NCBI GenBank assembly: GCA_035269575.1 | Contig: DATFIZ010000036.1 | Location: 5,185 to 69,184 of the forward strand | Length of the DNA: 64,000 bases | Origin: Bacteroidales bacterium | GTDB lineage: Bacteria > Bacteroidota > Bacteroidia > Bacteroidales > UBA12077 | Reading direction: 5' to 3' | In this document: in pieces, positions 36,526-45,705 of the stretch | Position numbering within the stretch: position 1 is the stretch's first letter | Layout: each line of letters begins with the position of its first letter | Notes under the pieces: model-generated | Databases searched by the model: none | The model's input: the letters and a program-made list of their open reading frames with translations, nothing else | What the model was told of the DNA's origin: nothing | Program-made: the position numbers and the translations under genes

Positions 36526-37260
36526 TTACTCTATTTTTGACCTTTCATTTTCAATAATTTCACGGGTTTGTCTTGTAAATTCTTTAACATCCAGATTACA
36601 AAAATTATCATAGGGTATATCGTCTAATATTTTTAATGTAACTGTATGTTTCCCGTAAAACAAACCATGACGATTAAGAATATTGGGTACTGTGCCAGAT
36701 ATAATAACTGGAAGAATGGTTCTTTTGGTTGTATAAGCCAACCGGAATGCTCCTTCTTTAAAATTTCCCAACCGACCATTTTTAGAGCGTGTTCCTTCGG
36801 GAAAAATAACCATATTACAACCTAACCTAAGGACTTTTTCTCCATCGACAATCATTTTTTTTATACTGGTTTTGCTCGTACGTAGTAATCGTATATCTCC
36901 TTTTAAACGCATAAGCCATCCATAAACCGGGATTCTAAAGACCTCTGCCTTAGAAACCCAACGAAAAGGAATCCCTAACCGATACATTACGATAACATCT
37001 TCTATTGATTGATGATTGGCTATAATAATATATGTTTTATCCTTTTTAATCTTTTCTTTTCCCTCAACACGAACTTTCCACCAGGGAATCAGCCTGGTAT
37101 AGAGGCTTCCCCAAAAAATCGAATAACTATTCAAAACATAAAGTCGTTTATCAAACCAAAAGGTAAATCCCCAAATGAAAAGGAAAATTGGCGTAAGAAA
37201 TAGTACTGTTAATAATACAATAATCCAAATATATATAGAATAGGGTATTTTTTTTATCAT
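36526..37260 (-). CDS. plsC: 1-acyl-sn-glycerol-3-phosphate acyltransferase
   Basis: ANHQSIEDV (HX4D) and FPEGTRS blocks, with an N-terminal TM anchor. Confidence 0.9.
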   Translation of the reverse strand: MIKKIPYSIYIWIIVLLTVLFLTPIFLFIWGFTFWFDKRLYVLNSYSIFWGSLYTRLIPWWKVRVEGKEKIKKDKTYIIIANHQSIEDVIVMYRLGIPFRWVSKAEVFRIPVYGWLMRLKGDIRLLRTSKTSIKKMIVDGEKVLRLGCNMVIFPEGTRSKNGRLGNFKEGAFRLAYTTKRTILPVIISGTVPNILNRHGLFYGKHTVTLKILDDIPYDNFCNLDVKEFTRQTREIIENERSKIE

Positions 37261-37288
37261 AATTAAGTTGACGGATTAAAATACTTAT

Positions 37289-37296
37289 CAAAAATA
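37289..37296 (-). promoter_or_regulatory. -7 box (TATTTTTG) for the plsC / MutS-related operon
   Basis: Exact TAnnTTTG on the minus strand, 29 nt upstream of ATG 37260. Confidence 0.45.
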
Positions 37297-37451
37297 CATT
37301 TTTAAAATTGTTTTTTTCTAAAAACCCAATAAATCAAACGAATTTATTTCGGGTAAAAAATAAATGGACAGTAAAAATGGTACATTTTTTGATTATTTAA
37401 TGATAACTTATTAATTTCACAAGCTCTATTGAGCAAAAAACAGCGTAAATT

Positions 37452-38009
37452 ATGAAGATAAAAACCATTCTCACCCTATTTTTAATAATATTCATTAGTT
37501 TACCTTCTTTTTCTCAGAAGGATGAGACCAACAACCTAGATACAATTTATCTGCTGGGTGGAAGAAAGAAGATTGTTGAAATAAAAAACATTTCAGCAGC
37601 GACTGTTCGTTATAATGAGCCCGGCGATGATGAAACGGTTACTTTAGAAAGAAAGCAAATACAAAAAATCATCTTTAGCAACGGGCGGGTTGAGGTGTTT
37701 AACAAACCTGTTTTTATGATGGTTGATGAGGGCGACTGGAAAACAGTAATTGTTACCGACAATAAAGATGATGTATCCGGATTATACGAACTGGGGAAAG
37801 TAGACGCAAGATCATCAGCAGGAAGCAGGAGTGCCAAATCGGCAAAAAAAAGTGCAACGATACGCATTCAAAAGAAAACGGCTAACTTAGGCGGATTAAT
37901 TGTGCTGATAACAAAAGAAGAATCTGTGGGTGGTTTTGGAGAAGCACCTACCTATTTTATAGAAGGTATTGCTTATGGTTATGAGCCATTGCCAGACGAA
38001 AATAAATAG
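37452..38009 (+). CDS. Small secreted protein of unknown function (paralog of 58408..59022)
   Basis: Signal peptide ending SFSQ. Full-length similarity to the 58408..59022 product, for example DDVSGLYELGKVDARS...SATIRIQKKTANLGGLIVLIT versus DDVDGMIEVAKLEARA...SATIILRRKAALVNGEMVLIT. Confidence 0.65.
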   Translation: MKIKTILTLFLIIFISLPSFSQKDETNNLDTIYLLGGRKKIVEIKNISAATVRYNEPGDDETVTLERKQIQKIIFSNGRVEVFNKPVFMMVDEGDWKTVIVTDNKDDVSGLYELGKVDARSSAGSRSAKSAKKSATIRIQKKTANLGGLIVLITKEESVGGFGEAPTYFIEGIAYGYEPLPDENK

Positions 38010-38174
38010 AATAAAAAAAGAGAGTGTCTAACCTATTGTTCAACGACTTTCCCCCTTCTATTTCCTAAAAGGGAAGACTTTGAAAACCAGCCTTCCTATA
38101 GTCCCAAAAACCTTCAGGTCGCTTCACATTAACTATATAGTCTAATGAACGATTCAGACACCCTCCCTTTCATT

Positions 38175-39827
38175 TTAATCTTCTAATCCAAGCACATCTA
38201 ATCCTTGTTCAAATACCACATCTTTGGGAATATTTTCTTTCTGAATTCTGTATAAATCATCTAAGAGTTCATCTCTGATATAACCATTTTGTTCTACCAG
38301 TTTTTTTGCTGCATCATAATTACCATCTCCCTGAATTAACAATATTTCTTCGGCCAGTTGAAGCATTGCTTTCTGCATTTTTTCGAAATCAATTTTATAC
38401 GTTCCAAGCTTATTGTTTCTGGTAAATGCACCTTTTTCCTGGAAATAATAAAACCTAATCATGTTGGCAACACCCTGATCGTTAGAGATTCCAAAACGAA
38501 CGGAACGAAAAATATCGGCCATATAAGTAACATAATTATCCATAAGATCTGTTTCCTGCAGTTCACCCATTTCATGGAGTTTAGTTAAAAAAAACAGACT
38601 CAAAATATCATTTTTACACTCTTCAATTACATTATATTGATCTTTTAACCCATCACGAACAGGTCCTTTTTGGGTTACCATATTTTTTAAACCAAGAGCG
38701 CTACCAACTTCGTAAAACATGGTGTTTTGGAAAAAAGCATCGAACTTAACATGTTTTCTTTGATCTTTCTCAATAAGTAAATGGGCAATCGGTTTTAAAA
38801 TTTTTTCAAATTTTGCTTCCATTACATTTTTAAATTGTAATTTTCGACTACCTACTTCTAACTGTACTCTCCCGTCACGGGGCAAAGTAATGGCAATCTT
38901 TTTACTTCCGGCATTCCAGTTTCCTGAACAATAAATAACATCATATACCATAATATCCGAAAGAGCTCCAGGAAATTCTTTTTTATATTTTTCATCAACC
39001 GGCAAATTCTTCTGTAAATAAGGTACTAATAATGAAAACTTCTCCATGTTTTTGCTCGATTCAACATCTCTGACAAGTACCATCGATTGATAAGAAGCTT
39101 TAGAATAGTAAAGTCTGTCCTCGACATCTTCAATAGGCCCAACAATAAAATCAACAACATTATCTTTCATCATCATCCATGCGATATTACTTTGGTAATA
39201 GTCATCATTTAATAATGCATCAGCTCTTTTAACGAGATAATTTTGAAAATCATTATCTTCGGCTAAAGAGGCTGCTTGCTTCATTAATTCTGCTATTTTT
39301 TCCAGTTTATTTTTATAGGCTTTATGATAAGGAACCGTCTGAAGGCCACCTACTTCATTTCTACGTAAAAGAGTATACGAATCAAACTTTCTAAGATTGT
39401 CAAAGGTATCAAATTCCTGATAGGTCATATCCTCCGGATAAAAGTTAGCTCCCTTAGGTTTGGCTCCTATGTCATCTACAAAAGGTTTCATTCCGTTAAG
39501 CCTATCCCAGGGACCATAGTTGATATAAAAATATTTCCGGATTTTCTCGTTGGTAATTGATTGTAAGTATTTTTCTTTATTTCCGCAGGTTTGAATCCAA
39601 TATAGTTCATCAATAATTTTGGCTGCTTCAAAAAGTAGGGGTAGCATTTCTTTCTGATTTTTGCTTAAAACACCCAAATCAGTTGTTAATTCTACATCAG
39701 CATAATTAGCTAATAATTTGTCTATTTTTGTCTGCTTTTGAGTTTGTTGTTTTTCAGTTTTATTTTTACAGGTTGTAAAAAACAGGGGAACCGATAACAA
39801 ACATAAAACGATCATCTTTTTATACAT
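38175..39827 (-). CDS. DPP3 (M49)-family lipoprotein, possibly catalytically degenerate
   Basis: Lipoprotein-like signal (LFFTTC). Size and overall pattern fit the short bacterial DPP III-like group. The second metal motif EECKND is present, but the first motif reads FYEVGSALG where I expect HExxH. Confidence 0.75.
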   Translation of the reverse strand: MYKKMIVLCLLSVPLFFTTCKNKTEKQQTQKQTKIDKLLANYADVELTTDLGVLSKNQKEMLPLLFEAAKIIDELYWIQTCGNKEKYLQSITNEKIRKYFYINYGPWDRLNGMKPFVDDIGAKPKGANFYPEDMTYQEFDTFDNLRKFDSYTLLRRNEVGGLQTVPYHKAYKNKLEKIAELMKQAASLAEDNDFQNYLVKRADALLNDDYYQSNIAWMMMKDNVVDFIVGPIEDVEDRLYYSKASYQSMVLVRDVESSKNMEKFSLLVPYLQKNLPVDEKYKKEFPGALSDIMVYDVIYCSGNWNAGSKKIAITLPRDGRVQLEVGSRKLQFKNVMEAKFEKILKPIAHLLIEKDQRKHVKFDAFFQNTMFYEVGSALGLKNMVTQKGPVRDGLKDQYNVIEECKNDILSLFFLTKLHEMGELQETDLMDNYVTYMADIFRSVRFGISNDQGVANMIRFYYFQEKGAFTRNNKLGTYKIDFEKMQKAMLQLAEEILLIQGDGNYDAAKKLVEQNGYIRDELLDDLYRIQKENIPKDVVFEQGLDVLGLED

Positions 39828-39995
39828 AATCCTGGGTTTTAGGGTTAAAAATAATTTGAACAGGTATATTGACAGAGGTTAGTAAAATATTCAATTAAAT
39901 TTACAAATAATATTAACCCATGTCAACACTATCAAAACTAATTTAACATAAACCAGTATTAATGTCTAAAAAGCAGGTAAAACAGCAGATAAAAT

Positions 39996-40985
39996 TTAAA
40001 ACAAAGCAGTAATAAATTCGTTAATGGAAATATTGTGAAAATATTTTTCGAAATCAATGGCTTCTAAAACTTGACGAATTTCATCTTCCTGATGTCTTTT
40101 ATGTTTAAGTAGGTCTTCAATATCTACAATATCTTTTTCTCCAAAAAAATCACCAAAAATTTTCAGGTCTGAGATGATTCCTTTCTCAACATTTAGATGA
40201 ACTTCCAAATTTCCTCCATGGGTTCTGATAAGTTTCTCGAAATTGTATTTTGGAGAGTAACCAAAATTCCAGTCCCAGGAATTATATTTTTTTTCGGCTA
40301 ATTGATTAATTTTCTCAACATCATCATCAGTATATTCATATAATACGGCATCTTTTTCTGATTTTACCATAAAATCAAAAATTTTATCATGAAACTCCAT
40401 AACAGACATTTTTTCAGGCAAATGTCCGCTAATATTAGTTACACGGCTACGTACCGACTTTACTCCTTTGTCCTGATATTTTAAGGGATTAACTTTTAAC
40501 GCTTTCGATAAATCGCCCATTACTGATGAAAACAATAACGTTCCATGATGTAACACTCTTCGTTTAAAGATATGCTCTGCATTACCAGATACTTTTCGCC
40601 CATTGATCATAATATCGTTGCGTCCTTCAAATTTTGCATCCACACCAAGTTGTTTCAGCACATCAATCACCGGTTGAGTATATTTTTTAAAATCAACCAA
40701 ATTACCTTCATTCCCCGCATTTTTTATAAAAGTAAAGTTAAGGTTCCCCAGATCATGAAATACAGCACCTCCTCCGGAGAGCCTTCTTACCACATCAATA
40801 TTGTTTTCGTTTACATAATCGATATTTATTTCGGCCAGGGTATTCTGATGCTTACCAACAATTATAGATGGTCTGTTGCGCCAAAGCATAAAACAGTTCT
40901 CGTTAAAATTTTTAAGTACGTATTCTTCAGCTGCCAGATTGAAATAGGGATTGGTTTCCGGATTTTTTATACAAAGCATAATCAT
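39996..40985 (-). CDS. lplA: Lipoate-protein ligase
   Basis: NPYFNLAAEEY, RRLSGGGAVFHDLGN, GRKVSGNA. Confidence 0.92.
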   Translation of the reverse strand: MIMLCIKNPETNPYFNLAAEEYVLKNFNENCFMLWRNRPSIIVGKHQNTLAEINIDYVNENNIDVVRRLSGGGAVFHDLGNLNFTFIKNAGNEGNLVDFKKYTQPVIDVLKQLGVDAKFEGRNDIMINGRKVSGNAEHIFKRRVLHHGTLLFSSVMGDLSKALKVNPLKYQDKGVKSVRSRVTNISGHLPEKMSVMEFHDKIFDFMVKSEKDAVLYEYTDDDVEKINQLAEKKYNSWDWNFGYSPKYNFEKLIRTHGGNLEVHLNVEKGIISDLKIFGDFFGEKDIVDIEDLLKHKRHQEDEIRQVLEAIDFEKYFHNISINEFITALF

Positions 40986-41024
40986 TCAATTTAATCGTAA
41001 ATTAAATTAGATAACAATCCGAAA

Positions 41025-41594
41025 TTAAAATTGTTTGACAATTTTTCCCGAGGTGTATTGATAAAGGTAAAAAACGGAAACACCTATTATAGATCCTAAA
41101 ATTGCACCGCCAATCACATCTAACGGATAATGAACACCTAAATATATCCTGCTATAGGATACAACTACAGCCCATAAGATAATAAAAACAGAAAAATATT
41201 TTTTTTCAACTAATTTCTTAAGAAAGAAAGCCACTGCAAATGTATTCGTTGCGTGCGAAGATACAAACCCATACCTCCCTCCACATTTATTATTTACCAG
41301 ATGAACAATATCTTGCAGTTCAGGATTATGGCAGGGACGCAATCGTTGAAAAACCTCTTTGAAAGCGTGAACAGAAATCTGGTCGGCCAGCGTTACAACC
41401 AGGGCAATAAAAAGCAATGTAATGATTGCTTTCCACCTTTGTTTAAAAATGATATATGCAATAATTATTAAATACAGAGGCAGCCAAAAAAACTTTCCGG
41501 AGAACCACCACATTATCTGATCCCAGAACGGTGAATTTAGTCCATTTAAAAAAATAAAAAGCTGGGCATCTATGTTTTTTAATATTTCTATCAT
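41025..41594 (-). CDS. PAP2-family phosphatase (undecaprenyl-diphosphatase/lipid phosphatase-like)
   Basis: KEVFQRLRP, SSHATN and SRIYLGVHYPLDV are the three PAP2 motifs. Confidence 0.9.
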   Translation of the reverse strand: MIEILKNIDAQLFIFLNGLNSPFWDQIMWWFSGKFFWLPLYLIIIAYIIFKQRWKAIITLLFIALVVTLADQISVHAFKEVFQRLRPCHNPELQDIVHLVNNKCGGRYGFVSSHATNTFAVAFFLKKLVEKKYFSVFIILWAVVVSYSRIYLGVHYPLDVIGGAILGSIIGVSVFYLYQYTSGKIVKQF

Positions 41595-41598
41595 ATGA

Positions 41599-42591
41599 CT
41601 AATCCGAATGAAGTTGTTTCCAAATCATATCTTTTAACTCCTGTATCCCTTTCTGTGCCACTGAAGAAATAAAGAGATAAGGAATTTGAGGTAAATCCTT
41701 TTTCATCTCTTGCATCAACTCATCATCAAGCATATCGGATTTGGTAATCGCCAGCAGTCTTTTTTTGTCTAGCAGTTCAGGATTATATTTTTCAATTTCC
41801 GACAGGAGTGTTCTATACTCCTTATGTATATTATCGCTATCGCAAGGAACCATAAAAAGAAGCATGGCATTTCTTTCAATATGCCGTAAAAAACGATGTC
41901 CGAGGCCTTTCCCTTCGTGGGCGCCTTCGATTATTCCAGGAATATCGGCCATAACAAACGATTGCATATCGCGGTATGAGACAATTCCCAGGTTAGGAAC
42001 CAGGGTTGTAAACGGATAATCGGCAATTTTGGGTTTCGCAGCCGATACAACGGATAGTAATGTCGATTTTCCGGCATTTGGAAAACCAACTAAACCAACA
42101 TCGGCCAGTATTTTTAGCTCTAAAATAAACCATCCTTCTTTCCCTTCTTCGCCTGGCTGTGCATAACGAGGTGTTTGGTTGGTAGATGATTTAAAATGGG
42201 TATTCCCCAATCCTCCTCTTCCCCCCGCAAGAATTATTTGCTCCTGTTGATCTTCGGTCATTTCGGCTAACACCTCATTGGATTCTGCATCTTTAGCAAC
42301 GGTTCCCAAAGGAACCTCTACAATTACATCTTTTCCATCAGCCCCTGTCCGTTGAGCACTGCCACCGGCTTGTCCACTGGTAGCAAAAATATGTTTTTGA
42401 TATTTTAAGTGTAACAGGGTCCATAACTGGGCATTTCCTTTAAGAATAATATGTCCGCCACGTCCACCATCTCCACCATCCGGTCCACCTTTAGGCACAA
42501 ACTTTTCGCGGTGTAAATGAGGGGAGCCTGCTCCCCCTCTACCCGAACGGAGAAATATCTTCACATAATCAACAAAATTAGAACCTGTCAT
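41599..42591 (-). CDS. obg: GTPase Obg/CgtA
   Basis: [18 protein letters not shown] glycine-rich Obg fold, then [19 protein letters not shown] and TKSD. Confidence 0.95.
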   Translation of the reverse strand: MTGSNFVDYVKIFLRSGRGGAGSPHLHREKFVPKGGPDGGDGGRGGHIILKGNAQLWTLLHLKYQKHIFATSGQAGGSAQRTGADGKDVIVEVPLGTVAKDAESNEVLAEMTEDQQEQIILAGGRGGLGNTHFKSSTNQTPRYAQPGEEGKEGWFILELKILADVGLVGFPNAGKSTLLSVVSAAKPKIADYPFTTLVPNLGIVSYRDMQSFVMADIPGIIEGAHEGKGLGHRFLRHIERNAMLLFMVPCDSDNIHKEYRTLLSEIEKYNPELLDKKRLLAITKSDMLDDELMQEMKKDLPQIPYLFISSVAQKGIQELKDMIWKQLHSD

Positions 42592-43167
42592 CTATTTATA
42601 TCTTTCCATTATTGAACAAATTTTATCAAAGATAACATCAATTTCTCCAATTCCATAAACCGATTCACATTTTCCCTTTGATTTGTAATAATCTTTCAGG
42701 ATTTTAGTATTCGTATTGTAAATAGCTATTCTTTTTTTTATAACATCTATGCTTTTATCATCAGGCCTTCCCGAATTATTATATCGATGAGTTAAACGTT
42801 CTATAATAGCTTTTTCATCGGTTTCGAGGGAAATCATCACATTAACTTTGGCTTCCATAACAGATAAGATACTTTCCAGTTGTTCTGCCTGAGGAATGGT
42901 TCGTGGGAAACCATCAAAAATAAAACCTTCGGCTTGTGGATATTTTTTAATTTCCTTTTTAATAATATCAACAGCCATTTCATCAGGAACATAATACCCC
43001 TTATCAATATATTTCTGTGCTTCTATCCCTAAAGGACTTCTCACTTTAATTAACTTACGCAATATCTCTCCGGTGGAAATATGTTTTAGCCGGTATTTTG
43101 CAATTATTTTTTTCGATTGCGTACCTTTCCCTGCCCCTGGCGGGCCAAATAAAACAACATTTATCAT
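42592..43167 (-). CDS. adk: Adenylate kinase
   Basis: VLFGPPGAGKGTQ...ISTGEILR...DGFPRT. Confidence 0.95.
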   Translation of the reverse strand: MINVVLFGPPGAGKGTQSKKIIAKYRLKHISTGEILRKLIKVRSPLGIEAQKYIDKGYYVPDEMAVDIIKKEIKKYPQAEGFIFDGFPRTIPQAEQLESILSVMEAKVNVMISLETDEKAIIERLTHRYNNSGRPDDKSIDVIKKRIAIYNTNTKILKDYYKSKGKCESVYGIGEIDVIFDKICSIMERYK

Positions 43168-43175
43168 TTAGAAAA

Positions 43176-43715
43176 TTAACTTTTCAGGGTATATATATCC
43201 GGAAGATTTCTTCCCAAACCATCGTAATCCAGCCCATAACCAACAATAAAATCATTAGGTATTTCCATACCTACATAATCGATTCCGATATCTTTATTAT
43301 ATGCTTCGGGTTTTAAAAGAAGAGTTGTAATCTTTACGCTTGTTGCTCCGAATTTCTTCAGTTCTTTTATAATTTGTTCCAAGGTGATTCCGGTATCCAC
43401 AATGTCTTCAAGCACAATAACATCACGGCCACTAATTTTTTCATTCACCCCGATGAGTTGTTTTACACTACCTGTTGTTGATGTCCCCCTGTATGAAGAT
43501 AACTTTAAGAAGGTTATCTCACAATCAAAATTGATTTGTTTTAATAAATCGGCAGTAAACATAAAAGAACCGTTCAGTATACTTATAAAAAGAGGAATCT
43601 TTTTATTCTTATAATCCTGATTTATTTTATGGGCAATTCCGGTAATTGCATGTTGAATCTTGTCAGATGGAATTGATACTTCGAAAACTTTATCTTTAAG
43701 TTTAACCTGCTTCAT
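43176..43715 (-). CDS. hpt: Hypoxanthine phosphoribosyltransferase
   Basis: ATG 43715 gives MKQVKLKDKVF.... PRPP-binding loop VIVLEDIVDTGITL. Confidence 0.92.
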   Translation of the reverse strand: MKQVKLKDKVFEVSIPSDKIQHAITGIAHKINQDYKNKKIPLFISILNGSFMFTADLLKQINFDCEITFLKLSSYRGTSTTGSVKQLIGVNEKISGRDVIVLEDIVDTGITLEQIIKELKKFGATSVKITTLLLKPEAYNKDIGIDYVGMEIPNDFIVGYGLDYDGLGRNLPDIYTLKS

Positions 43716-43783
43716 ATTAATAGTGATTTTCCATGGCCTACATAGCCAAATGAACATTTTTATTAAAACAATCGTTTATTTCT

Positions 43784-43791
43784 TACCTTTG
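43784..43791 (+). promoter_or_regulatory. -7 box (TACCTTTG) for purE
   Basis: Exact TAnnTTTG 81 nt upstream of ATG 43872. Confidence 0.4.
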
Positions 43792-43871
43792 TAAACGTTG
43801 AAAATATTTTGCGAAAATACAAATTAATGTTCTAAAAATAATTTTAATTGACTCTAAAATTTTAATTAAGC

Positions 43872-44378
43872 ATGAAAGCAAAAGTAAGTATTATCATGGG
43901 AAGCACATCAGACCTGCCCATAATGGAAAAAGCTGCCAACATCCTGAATGATTTTAAAATTCCGTTCGAGATTAATGCGTTATCAGCACATCGTACTCCC
44001 GAAGAAGTAGAAAAATTTGCCAAAGGAGCAAAAGAGCGTGGTGTAGAAGTTATTATTGCAGGTGCCGGGATGGCAGCTCATTTACCGGGTGTTATTGCAG
44101 CTATGACTACCCTCCCTGTAATTGGAGTACCTATAAAAGCTTCGTTAGACGGAATGGATTCGTTATTAGCTATTGTACAAATGCCTCCGGGAATCCCTGT
44201 TGCCACCGTAGGAATTAACGGAGCTCAAAATGCAGGTATCTTAGCTGCACAAATACTGGCTGCCGGAGATGAAAAAATTAAACAGGTTTTGGTGGAATAC
44301 AAAGAAAATCTCAAAACAAAAATTGTAAAAGCCAACGAAGAGTTATCGAAGGTAAATTTTGAGTTTAAAACCAATTAA
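43872..44378 (+). CDS. purE: 5-(carboxyamino)imidazole ribonucleotide mutase
   Basis: VSIIMGSTSD...SAHRTP...AGAGMAAHLPG...PVIGVP. Confidence 0.95.
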   Translation: MKAKVSIIMGSTSDLPIMEKAANILNDFKIPFEINALSAHRTPEEVEKFAKGAKERGVEVIIAGAGMAAHLPGVIAAMTTLPVIGVPIKASLDGMDSLLAIVQMPPGIPVATVGINGAQNAGILAAQILAAGDEKIKQVLVEYKENLKTKIVKANEELSKVNFEFKTN

Positions 44379-44418
44379 GACCTGCTTTATTTAATGATTT
44401 GATGTGACGTTAGATATA

Positions 44419-44455
44419 AAGTCCGAAGGACTGAAACCTTCGGACTTATTTGCTT
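44419..44455 (+). terminator. Rho-independent terminator after purE
   Basis: Perfect 11-bp stem AAGTCCGAAGG / CCTTCGGACTT with loop ACTGAAA, followed by a T-rich tail ATTTGCTTT. Confidence 0.75.
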
Positions 44456-44550
44456 TAATATAATACTAACTTAAGCATAAAATAGCCATTTAAGTATTAT
44501 TGATTAAAAACCCAATAGATATTCGTTAAAAGTTTACTTCAATACTAATC

Positions 44551-44709
44551 CTAAAAATCATTCTGAATTTCATCCATATTTTCCTGATTTTTTTTCATTT
44601 CGTTTAACTCTTCAATCTCCGGATGAGTAGCAAAAACTGGATGTCGCTTTTTGCGCAAACTCTGAACTCTTTCAAACGCTTGGCATGAGCTTACTTCTAA
44701 TAATTCAAA
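44551..44709 (-). pseudogene. Possible remnant of the C-terminus of an M48-type (BepA/HtpX-like) metallopeptidase
   Basis: A start-less open frame reads ...SCQAFERVQSLRKKRHPVFATHPEIEELNEMKK...*. The FE(R/K)(L/V)Q ... F(x)THP pattern resembles M48 C-termini. Nothing protein-like lies upstream. Confidence 0.3.
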
Positions 44710-44886
44710 TCACCCATAAATAGTTTTTCACGGCTGCTAAATTGTTAATTAAAAGACAATTAATTATTTTTATTCCTGTTAAATTTAATATTCGCAGCCA
44801 AAAAAATATTTACAATAAAGTAAACTATGTCCAATAAAAAATTATAATTGTATCTTTATTCCTGGGTATTGAATAAAAAAAACTTC

Positions 44887-45705
44887 ATGAAACAAAAACA
44901 TTTCAAAAAAATTAATATAATTTTTTTAATATGCCTATGTTTATGGCATTCTGATTCTTTTGCTCAAAACGTAAAAGTTGAAGCAGGGAAATCGGCGGCA
45001 ATGAGTAACACATCTGTTACAATAACTGATATTTGGTCTGTTTACAATAACCAGGCAGGGCTGGGTTATTTGAATAATATTTCTGCAGGCATCTTTCATC
45101 AGTCGGGATTCGTTAAACAGCAAAACATACAAGGTATTGGCTTTGCCTTACCGACAAAAACCGGAACCATTGCTGCCTCATATTCTTATTTTGGTTTTTC
45201 ACAATATAACGAAATGCAGGCCGGCCTGGCCTTTGGCCGCTCATTTACCCGATATTTTGCCGCAGGATTGCAAATCAATTACTTAAGTACCCGAATTGCC
45301 GATAACTATGGATCATCTAATACAGTTAATTTCGAAGTGGGTGTGCTTTCACAACCCATTGAGAATCTATTTATAGGAGCCCATGTATATAATCCATCAA
45401 GAAGTAAAATCGGGGACGAAGATATTCCTACTATATTTAAACTGGGGGCAGGATATTTATTTTCTGAAAAAGTATATTTTGGCATTGAAACGGAAAAAGA
45501 TCTTAAACACGATGCTATTTTTAAATCAGGACTCCATTATCAGTTAATAGAATATGTGTCTCTACAGGCAGGGATTTCAACAAATCCCACAAGATACTCG
45601 TTTGGAGTAGGGTTTCATTACACCAACATTCATGCTCATGTAGGATTCTTAAGACATCAAACGTTAGGTTTCACCCCATCATTTACGCTAGGTTATGGTT
45701 TTTAA
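44887..45705 (+). CDS. PorV/PorQ-like small outer-membrane beta-barrel protein
   Basis: ATG 44887 gives a signal peptide ending SFAQ. AGKSAAMSNTSVTITDIWSVYNNQAGLG parallels the PorQ N-terminal motif found in this window. C-terminal ...FTLGYGF. Confidence 0.6.
   Translation: MKQKHFKKINIIFLICLCLWHSDSFAQNVKVEAGKSAAMSNTSVTITDIWSVYNNQAGLGYLNNISAGIFHQSGFVKQQNIQGIGFALPTKTGTIAASYSYFGFSQYNEMQAGLAFGRSFTRYFAAGLQINYLSTRIADNYGSSNTVNFEVGVLSQPIENLFIGAHVYNPSRSKIGDEDIPTIFKLGAGYLFSEKVYFGIETEKDLKHDAIFKSGLHYQLIEYVSLQAGISTNPTRYSFGVGFHYTNIHAHVGFLRHQTLGFTPSFTLGYGF

Noticed and set aside
38044-38153. Shared 9-mer TGAACGATT near the ends of both the 17.4-kb and the 38.1-kb palindromic elements, suggesting one repeat family
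   Set aside because: The arm orientation is inconsistent between the two elements: X...rc(X) in one and rc(X)...X in the other. The internal sequences are unrelated, and a single shared 9-mer between two regions of this size is within chance expectation.
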